64,000 nucleotides of DNA from Podarcis cretensis (lineage: Eukaryota). Each line of letters opens with the position of its first letter. Within the stretch, counting starts at the first letter, position 1. The notes below the pieces were generated by a model. It did no database searches. It saw only the letters and a program-made list of their open reading frames with translations, and was not told the DNA's origin. This document shows, one piece after another, positions 54,573-64,000 of this stretch. Both the position numbers and the translations under genes were made by a program. The stretch lies in contig OX638149.1 in the NCBI GenBank assembly GCA_951804945.1, forward strand, positions 82,956,001 to 83,020,000. Direction: 5' to 3'.

Positions 54573-56905
54573 GATGACCCTCGGGGTTCCTTCCAACTCT
54601 ATGGAAATCCAACACACATTCACAGTACATTATTTCCCCCAAGGAATCCTGGGAACTGTAGTTCTTTATGGGTGAATTGCAGCTCCGTGAAATGGAAACT
54701 ACAATTCCCAGGATTCTTTAAGGGAAGCCATGTGTGTGGCATGTGCTTTAAATACACATGGTGTGCATCTACCCTAAATCATTTTGTCACATGTAGGTGA
54801 TTTGTAAGTAAGTAAATAAATAACCTCCTGGCATGTGGTGAAGCATGGCTGCCACTTGGGTGGGGGAGGGAGGCTCCAACCATCTTCTGCATCTGGCAGC
54901 CATGACCAGCAGCTCCACTACTTGGCCAGTCCTGCAGCATCTCACCCACATGGCGAGGCTCTCCTCTTTGGAGCAAGGCAGGGAGAAGGTGGAGACAACA
55001 AGAAGAAAATGTTGCAGATGACTCTTCCTGCTTTGAGGTATAGCATACACACAGTTTTATTGTGCTTTTGCATGGGTCGTGTATGTTTTGTGTATTGTCT
55101 TCAAGGGGGGTATGGGATAGAAAATTACTTATTGCCATTCACTGCCCCTTTTGTCAGGAACACTGACGCTAAGATTTTTACCTTCTTAGTAAGTTATGTG
55201 TCTAGGACACATGCCTTTTTACCATAAGAACTACTGCAAAATTATTAACAGTGGTTACAGACTATTCTGCCCATCTGTCTAGTCTGGCTGCTGGCTCCCT
55301 TGTTCCCTCCTGGGCAAGGGAAGCCAGGAAACAGGACAGGTGTGCAATAGACCCCTCCTGCCACCATTCCCCAGCCACTCGTATTCAGAACCATCCTACC
55401 TCTGATCCTGAAGACAGGATGTAGCCACCATGACTAGATGCCAATGACAGCCTTATCCTCCATGAATTTAATTCCCTTTTAAAAAACATTATATCGAGCA
55501 GCTATCACTTTGTCTTTTGGTAGTGAATTCCATGGTTTAACCATACGCAGTATGAAAAACACTCCACTTTCAGAATTAAGAGTCCCCAAATGCTAGGACC
55601 ATTCCTTGTAAAGATTGTATTGGCTGCCCCTTTCCCGAGCCTTTTCCTGCTCTTCTGTATCCTTTTTTTGGGCAAGGCAACCAGAACTGCACACTGTATT
55701 TTAAAGTGTGGACACACCACATATTAGTATGAAGATGTTTCCTTTCGTAACAATGCAAGCACTGAATTAATATTTTCACGCAGCTGTCTCAACATTTGCA
55801 CTGAGCATTTCCCCTGGTTGGTCGCCATTAGCTCAGACCCCATCAGCATATAGGATCTTTTTGCCCCAACGTGCATCACTTTACACATAGGTGGTCATGG
55901 TTGTGCTTGGAGTGTTGGACTAGGACCTCAGAGACCAAGCTTGAAAACCCTGCTCAGCCATTAAGCTGACTGGAAGCCACAGCCTCAGAGTCTAACCTAC
56001 CACACAGGGTTGCTGGGGATAAAATGGGGAGGAATTGATCCATATACACTATCCTGAGCTCCTTAAGTGGAAATATGGGATATAAATGGAATAAATGAAC
56101 TGCATTTGCCATTTTAATGCCTATTCAGCCAGTTCCACTTGGAATCCCATTTCGTTTCTATTGACCTGAATAATTTGATGGTCTCAGAAAATATCCATCA
56201 TTGTAGGAAACATTGCTGTACACACCAGACATCTGCATACACATATCTGGGAACCCAGCAAGAGAAATGAAATGCATACATATGTCCTTACATAGGGTTG
56301 TGCAGAGAGTGTAGGAGAAAGACCTAAATCAGGTATTAAACCACATGACCACATCCTAACAGATTCTCCAAAAACAGCAATTAGCCATTGCCCCTTATCT
56401 TGTTTTTCTAAAAATTAATATTTCCAATCTTCCGAGCACAGAAAAGGGGGCGGGGGAAGGACTATTTAACTTAGGTACAGAAGCATAGTTCAGGGTCAGA
56501 CCATGTTTTGTGTCCAAAAGATCTAAAGTTCAGTCTCTGGTAGCTCCAACCAAAAAGGTCTTAAGATTGCAGAGTTGGGGAAATCCTTGGCTAGTCACTT
56601 CCAGTCAAAGTACTGAGCCAGTGCAGTGCAAGGGAGACCAAAGGACACCGTAGAGAAGTTTGTGAGACAACATGCTTCTTCCTCACACAAAGCTAAATCC
56701 ACCATGGACAGCAGCCTGCAGCCACCAACCCCATTTCGCCTCATGATGACATTGTCCTTACCTGTCCCAACCAACGAGGCACTGCTTGCTGGCTGATGGT
56801 AGCAAGCAGAACTAGATGTCCAAAAGGAACGAACCATTCATTTATTTAAGGAACTGAAGTTGGGAACTTGACGGACGAATGCAGAAAGCTGAAGTCTAGC
56901 AGCAT

Positions 56906-56932
56906 GTAACCTAGCAACCAGCACCTAGCAAC
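56906..56932. promoter_or_regulatory. Tandem RFX X-box, candidate SAXO4 promoter
   Basis: GTAACCTAGCAAC (56906-56918) fits GTNRCC-N-RGYAAC and is followed by a second ACCTAGCAAC. Confidence 0.6.
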
Positions 56933-58487
56933 TAGCTTGACAACATTGCTCTCCTTCCAATGGCCTTATAGTTCAGAGGGTATTGGGAACGACTGCAGGG
57001 GCCCTGGGCACACATGCCCAATACGTATATGAAATGGTTCTGATTATTTGGATTCCTAAATATAGCCCTCGAGGAGTTGAGGTCTGTGTGTTTCCTGAGC
57101 CATTGTCCCATTGTATTCATGTTGAGCTACTAGATAGGAGCTGGGGAGGTATGCAGCAGTTGAACAAGGTAGAGTCACCAGAATCCGTGCTGCCACCGCT
57201 CCCAGGTCCGTAAAACATAGAACAGTACCAAGTGGGCAGAAAGGAACATGTGTAAGGCTGTGTGCCTACTAAATGTCTGCAGTCACAGCTGTGCAGTGTA
57301 ATTCAAGTGTAACTTTAGATGTCCGGCACACAACTCTTGAGAATTTAAGCCTTCGCCACCATTATCCCACCTCCCAATGTTCTGCATTTGTATCTGCGAA
57401 ATAATATTGAAATGTTATTGTAAAGTCTTAGAAATATCAGTTGTGGGTTTCAGATAGCTCTGTTTTGGTGTTGTGTGATTCTGTTGCTTACCTAGGACTA
57501 AAATAAGTGTATTTGTGTTATATTTTACTCATGTTGTTGAATGTGGCATTACTTGACACAGAATCTCTGCAATCTGAACTCTGACACGGAAGAGAAATCT
57601 CTGAGCATACAAAATTAAAGATATGTAAGTTACACATCGCTTTTGATCAAGGCTGCATGTGAATATTTAGTACTGAGCAAACATCATCATCATGCTTATA
57701 ATGACACCATGTGGTAGTTTAAAGGTAATGCCATAAACTAGGTTGCTGCAAAGAAACATGTAACCTTAAGCATGACTTTTAAAGTTCTGTGTGATAAGGG
57801 GTGGAGGGGAAACCAACTCTAGGAGGGCCAAGCTGTATTTCAAATTGTCACACAGCTAGCAAGTTTTAATAGGATTTTTTTAATTAAAAAAAGTACATGA
57901 CATAAACCATGTTCTGTAGAAACCCCTGGGTGTCTGAAAGTGTTACTTATATGATTATTGAAGAAGTATTTATGTATCCTAGAACAATTTCAAACAGGTG
58001 TTTTGAAAATACCTGACGCCCAGTAATTGACCGAAAAGTGGAAAAGAGCCTAACAGGGTTAGACACAAGTAACACAGTACTGTTTTCTTCTTTTTGCACC
58101 ATCAACTTCTAAAAATAGAATAGCAAAAGTTCATTCAGCTAGGAATGCTAGTAGTTGATTGGGTGAAAAAAGGAAATACAAGCAGACTGAATAAACAGCG
58201 TACGTTTATGAAAATTTATGACCAGAGACATAGGCTGATCTATTTGCGTTTTTAAGTATTTCACATAGAATTTTCAAATGGAAGGGTGGTCCCCTTTGGA
58301 ATAAGGAATTTGGAGTGAAGAACCTTGTTTTATCAGCGAATGGCACACATTTTTGTGTACTGGGAAACGATAATGTTCTTGTAAGTTAAATTCTACTTTC
58401 GACTTCTAATTTTTTATTCTCATTTTGTCTATGTTGAGAACTGCCCTGTGATCTTTAAATGAAAGGCAGTATAAAAATGTAATAAAC

Positions 58488-58690
58488 CAGAGTTGGAAGG
58501 GGCCCAAGGGTCATCTAGTCCAACCCCTTGCAATGCAGGAATCTCAGCTAAAGCATCCATGACAGATGGCCAGCCAATCTCTGTTTAAAAACCTCCAAGG
58601 AATGAGAGCCCACCACCTTTCACGGGAGTCTGTTTCACTGCCAAACAGCGCTTACTGCCAGAAAGTTTTTCTGAATGTTTAGTTGGAGAT
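58488..58690 (-). mobile_element. CR1 3' end
   Basis: AGAGTTGGAAGGG...GGTCATCTAGTCCAACCCC; the same tail occurs on the + strand at 43465-43535 and, split, at 54388-54600. Confidence 0.7.
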
Positions 58691-60142
58691 ATTCATTGTT
58701 TAACAGTATATTGTGTACTTCTATATTAAACTTTGCTTGGTATAGCAAGTGGGTGGGAATTATTCTACATCTGGGGGTGGAGGGAGACAGTGTGAGTATT
58801 CACTAACAGCCAAACTCATCAAATTACAACTACAAAGGACAGACAGTATCCATTTAATGCAGCAGCTACCACTATATCAGACAGTAGCAAATGAGGGAAG
58901 AGGAGTGAAATGAATAGACACCGACTATAAAGGATAGGGTCAGCAGGGGAGAAAACAATAACCATGTGCTACTGGTTTTTACTGACAAGTGCCAGCTAAA
59001 ACCTTGAGTCCCAAGTTGGATTAAGGTAGTTGGGGACCCTGGTGCAATTCCCAACATATGACTCTCTTCCCCCCCCCCCACAAAAAAAAACATGAAATAA
59101 GGTACCACAGTATAGGGGCTGCCGTCCACTCTGTGAAGGAATTAAGTCCCTCTATGCACCCACTGTCACCGAGTAGCAGTAATTACATCTGCCTGTTGCC
59201 AATGATGGAAGAGAAGGAATGTAGGGCCACTCCACTGGGACTGCTGAGAGATCAGTAACTTTTGGCGCCTCCTCTCCTTGCATTTTCCCATCCCAGGTGG
59301 TCATTAAAGCAACTTGAAAACATGGATTTGAACCAGAGTTTGCCTATTTCCTCCTAGCTCCCTCCATTTCCTTTTGTGTCATATATTTTTAGATTGTAAG
59401 GCTGAGGGCATATATAGTGATTTTAATGATTTGTAAGCTGCTCTGCGAGCCTTTTTTGGCTAAAGAGTGGGATTAAAAAAATCTTTAAATAAATAATAAA
59501 CACACACACACTGCCAAGGACATACACGAGGGCAATATGCAAGGACCAAATCTTCCATATGCAGCTTGTTAATGTTGGCCTCACTGATTTACTGAAGCTG
59601 TACTAACAAACAGCACCAGTATGTACAAGTTCTGGTGGAGCCTTCAACTGATGTCTCAAAATTCCTGCAAAAATATTTGTGGCTAAGAATAAGAATAAGA
59701 CACAGGAGTTGTAGCAATTGGACAAAGGCAGTAGCAAATGCAACCTATCAAGCAGAATGGAAGGAAAGTGATGGGCACATCCAACAGTGCATAGGCTGAC
59801 ATAGCTGAAAACTGGTAAGTACCATATATCCAGGACAAGGCTGCACTTGTGGGGAGGCCTGAGGCAACCCCATTGCTGTCATGTGACTGCATGGAGTCAG
59901 ATCACTGCACCAACTCCAGCAATTGGCTTAAGGAATGTACCCTCAGCATCTAAGATGTCCAGTAATTACTTATATGGGGTTGCTATCCACTCATTATTGA
60001 AAATACACTTATAGTATAAAGAGTACTATAGACTTCCACAAATCTATGATTCTCAATCATTTGTTCACCTTTTGGACAGAATCATACAATACAGAAATCT
60101 GCCCAAGAATCCTGGAACTGAGCAGAATATAAAATACTACTA

Positions 60143-60392
60143 CAGTCGTACCTTGGAAGTTGAACAGATCCGTTCCGGAAGTCTATTCAACTTCTGAAAC
60201 ATTCGTCTTCCAAAGTGCAGCTTCTGATTGGCTTCAGAAAGCTCCTGCAGCCAATCGGAAGCCGCAGAAGCCCCGTCAGACATTTGGCTTCCAAAAGAAC
60301 ATTCGAAAACCAGAACACTCACTTTCAGTTTTTAATCGTTCGGGAGCCGAAACGTTCGACTCTCAAGGCATTTAGGAGCTGAGGTACAACTG
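60143..60392. mobile_element. Related Tc1/mariner MITE (different subfamily)
   Basis: CAGTCGTACCTT...GAGGTACAACTG termini; internal inverted repeat (TTCTGATTGGCT / AGCCAATCGGAA). Confidence 0.8.
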
Positions 60393-60671
60393 TGATTTGT
60401 TTTGTATAATTTAACAATCATGTGCATTTCTCAAGGAACCAGAACACACGACAATGCCTTTTGTTTTTATCAATCACCCTATAGTCCTATAGCAGTGGTA
60501 TTGCTGAAGTGCATTCTGAGTCAGAAAAGATACTCTGTCAACACTTCTATACCTGTCTTCTCAGAAGTAAGTTGCATTGAATTTAATGGGAGCTATAACC
60601 AAGTATCTAAGGGACCACATCCGGGGGGGCGGGGCGGCAATTAGTCTTCAAGAAAAAAAAAGCATTGAAGC

Positions 60672-60677
60672 TTTATT
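60672..60677 (-). terminator. Candidate SDHAF2 polyadenylation signal
   Basis: AATAAA on the minus strand about 130 nt after the stop, followed by a T-rich tract. Confidence 0.6.
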
Positions 60678-60804
60678 ACAGATAAGCAATGCATGGAAAA
60701 CAGTGACCATTCACAAGAGTAGAACTCAAGAGGCCTGAATACCACAGTGTGTGCTTCTAGGTTTCAAAGGATGTCCAGAATGGCCTTCTCCAGAAACCAC
60801 AAGA

Positions 60805-60935
60805 TCAGTGTGAAGCTTCAACAAGATACTCAAGATCTGGTTGTTGCAGTCTCTTTTCTCTGTTCTTGTTTTTGGTAAACTCTCTAAGCATCTCCATGAC
60901 TTCATTTTCAAAGATTTCTGGAGCAGGCTTTGCTT
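60805..60935 (-). CDS. SDHAF2: SDHAF2 exon 4 (stop)
   Basis: ccccaaag|(E)[42 protein letters not shown]. Confidence 0.95.
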
Positions 60936-61869
60936 CTTTGGGGAGAAAAAAGGAAGAAGTGAAACAACAGTATAAGCTCTGCTACCAATGTCTGAAGATT
61001 CTGTACACCAGATGTTGGATTCCAACTCATCAGTGCCAGCTAACAAAGATAAGAGTTGTAGTCCAGCAAAATCTGGATGAAATCACATTGGCTACTCCTG
61101 CTCAGAACTACAGAGTCTACAGATCTAGTAGGTTTTCCAAGATCATTTTGGCACTGGATTTAAAATTATTTGTCAAGCCCCATTTCAAAGACATCCCAGT
61201 TAGTGTGTTAAGTACAGAAAAGGAAACAAAATGGAATGTTTGCTTTGCAAACAAACGAAAGACATTTTTTATGTGTCAGGGAGCAAGAATGTTTTCGGAA
61301 CTTCTTGTAAAATGGCAGTGGGAAGTCTCGGCCCGTGGCCCTAATTAGGCTAGTGCAGGTCACATGAGGCTGTTGCCCACAACCCACAAGACGTCGTAAG
61401 TGAAATGGGGCAGGTATGGGCAAGAAAAGAACAATCAGGAGTTTAAGTGAGTTCTCAATTATTTCTTTGAAAGAAGGGTTCTCTGTCAGCACCAATCAGC
61501 TGATTAATGCAGACAGAGAGCCCTGCTGGGAGTCAGTGGCACTCCAAACAGAGCATTTCCCCCTTTGTAGAGAAAAAACAACTAGCTGTTTGGAGCAAAC
61601 ACTTTGAATCCTAATTGCTACCTCCAAATGGACTTCAAAGGTTCCCCGTAATGCTCGTCAGCTAACTGGTGCTGAAAGTGCATCCTCAAAGAATATTGTT
61701 GTATAGTAACCCATTTGAATGTTGATAGGTGTCATTTGATGTATTATGCCATCAGGTGACTGACAGTTGGGTGGTCCCATGCATCTGTCAAAGTTGGCCC
61801 ATGGGAAGCAGAGTATTGGCCTACTAGCCAGATCCAGTTCCCCACCGCTGCCATAAAATATATAATATA

Positions 61870-62095
61870 CAGTGGTACCTCGGGTTACAGACGCTTCAGG
61901 TTACAGACGCTGCTAACCCAGAAATAGTATCTCGGGTTAAGAACTTTGCTTCAGGATGAGAACAGAAATCGCGCAGCAGCGGCACAGCAGCAGCAGGAGG
62001 CCCCATTAGCTAAAGTGGTGCTTCAGGTTAAGAACAGTTTCAGGTTAAAAACGGACCTCCAGAACGAATTAAGTTCTTCACCTGAGGTACCACTA
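61870..62095. mobile_element. Tc1/mariner MITE, same family, opposite orientation
   Basis: TA-CAGTGGTACCTCGGGTTAC...GAGGTACCACTA-TA in SDHAF2 intron 3. Confidence 0.9.
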
Positions 62096-62713
62096 TATTA
62101 TCATTAACTATACAGCAGTTCTGCAACCTAAAACTATACTTGTTAAGGAGGATGTTAAGTTCTACTAAATTCAAAAAGGGCTTACTGCAAATAAAAATAC
62201 ATATGTTTTAAAGGTAGAGTATACATTAGTTATACTCTTGATCAGCCTGACTGCTAGAGTTGGAATGTTTATATGGTGAACATGACAATTTTTAGACCCT
62301 GCTCATAGCTAAAACTGTATTTCAGGTTGTCAGTGACAAATCCTTCTAGGACAATCACCTTTTCAGGACAGAGGTTGAAATATTACATGTACTGTGCTGC
62401 TGTGTGTGGTCCAGAGGGCAGCAACACGAGAACAAGCATTTTCTGTGACGGCTCCCCACTTGTGGAATGTTCTCCCCAAAGGGGCTTGCCTGATGTCTTC
62501 ATTTACATATCTTTAGGCATCAGGTAAAAACATTCCCGTTCTCCCAGGTCTTTGGGCCTTTTTAACTGTGTGCAGGGGGGTTATTGTTTTTGTTTGTTAC
62601 TATGTTGTATATTTTTAAGTTTTTATATTGTGAAATGCCCTTCATAAGACACGCCCCCCAAGTCACATAAGAGCCAATAGCAAGTGACCCCAAAATACAG
62701 TGTTTTGCTTTAC

Positions 62714-62823
62714 CTGTTGCCCAGTAGTAGATATCCCAATCATTGCTGGGCTCATTAATCAGGCGATCATAAAGATCCAGCTGTTGCTCATTCATTCGAT
62801 TCAGATTCTCTTTGGCAAAGAAA
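62714..62823 (-). CDS. SDHAF2: SDHAF2 exon 3
   Basis: ccatag|[36 protein letters not shown](E)|gtaaag. Confidence 0.96.
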
Positions 62824-63549
62824 CTATGGAAACAATAAAACAGCATACTGGGAAAACCAGACGAGGTAGAAAAAAATACCACAATGTAATAAATATACTA
62901 CATTCTGGCTATGCAAGTGTCAGAAATTTCTGCACACCCATTCAGACAAACAAAAGGCATTATTACAGTTCAAGGTCCAGGCAAAAGCAATGAGGAGCAA
63001 GGCTACTGAGGGGTGTGGCCTTTGGAGAAGAGTCCCAGAAGCTGGATAGAGGGGCTCAGAGGGGAGACCACATTCAGCCCCAGGTTCCCTCTACCAGTTC
63101 AAGATAAACCAATGTCTGACTATACCCTTGATAACCAAGAGAAAACAGAATGGACAATCTTCTCCTTTTTCCTCTATAAGCTGATTTTCAATATTTCATA
63201 ACAACGCTTCCTAGCGCTGTCCTTGGATAAGGGTATTTCCAAGTGCAAGGAGAGAGCAACATTTCTTTTTTAAAAAATGTAGGTTTATAAAATGATGCAC
63301 AATATGGAGAAAGTAGACAACAATGATTTGTACTCACTGTTTTTCAGCTAAATTTCCAGTTGCATTTTATCAGTTTAAACTGCCCAGAGAACATACGGTA
63401 GTTTCATCATTCTTATCTCTGTTTTATATACATTATAAAATGAAATAACAATTATAATATTAATATTAAATATTTTAATATTTAAAGACTCGATTCTGAA
63501 TATGGTTACCAGGAAACAAGCCCAAGTTGAAAGCAAGGAGGAGGTTTAG

Positions 63550-64000
63550 GAAAGGCAGAACAGAAGGCGACGGCTCACCTGAGCAGGAGGCAGTTCTCCA
63601 GCATGCCCCTCTTGCGGCTCTCGTACAGCAGCCTCGCGCGCTTCCTCGCCGGGGCTTCGTGGGGCCGGGCCTGCCAAGGCGGCAGAGGGATCTCCAGCAG
63701 ATCCCGCCCGGAGTCGGAGGGAGAGTCCCCGCGGTAGCAGCACTTCGACGAGCGGAGGACGCAGGCAGGGAGCAGAAAGAGGCGCTGCGAGACAAACAGG
63801 CAGGGAAACGGCGTAAGGCAACCAAGGGCAGCAGCAGCAGCAGCAGCGTCCGACCCACCACTCCGTTACTAGGCGAACGCGCCGGAGCCCCTGCTGTTGC
63901 GACGGTTAGGGAGTCGGACTAGGACTCGGGGAGGCCGTGACGCTCAGGGGGTGACCTTGGGGGCCAGTCGCTGCCTCTTAACCTCAGCCTAGCCCACCTC
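63550..64000. promoter_or_regulatory. CpG island at the SDHAF2 5' end
   Basis: Dense CpG around exon 2 and intron 1, running off the window. Confidence 0.8.
63579..63784 (-). CDS. SDHAF2: Succinate dehydrogenase assembly factor 2, exon 2
   Basis: tctcgcag|[68 protein letters not shown](S)|gtgagc; intact SdhE/Sdh5 RGxxE motif. Exon 1 lies at or beyond the window edge (possible donor GAG|GTGGGC at 63998/63997). Confidence 0.95.

Noticed and set aside
63475-63922. ORF-track proteins over SDHAF2 exon 2
   Set aside because: Wrong frame or strand; the true frame encodes the RKRGMLEN motif.

Overview
Vertebrate genomic DNA from a squamate reptile, probably a lacertid lizard (inferred from Sauria/Squam-type SINEs). 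It carries the gene block known from human 11q12.2. In order: the last coding exon of SYT7 (+, 5268-5372), intronless LRRC10B (-, 29665-30549) under a CpG island, all 12 coding exons of SAXO4/PPP1R32 (-, 37111-52665, about 424 aa reconstructed with GT-AG junctions and consistent phases), and exons 2-4 of SDHAF2 (-, 60805-63784). The remainder is intronic or intergenic and rich in repeats: Sauria SINEs, a Squam3-like SINE, L1/L2/CR1 fragments, Tc1/mariner-type and hAT MITEs with target-site duplications (TSDs), a Penelope-like end, a Ty1/Copia pol remnant, a solo LTR and microsatellites. Most entries in the ORF track are spurious. I found no convincing wholly new gene system. The best leads are regulatory or structural: a tandem RFX X-box with a candidate non-coding first exon for SAXO4, a consensus splice donor directly after the SAXO4 stop codon, a uORF ending at the LRRC10B start, and a long intronic hairpin. 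Gene identities rest on my recall of the human proteins, not on a database search.
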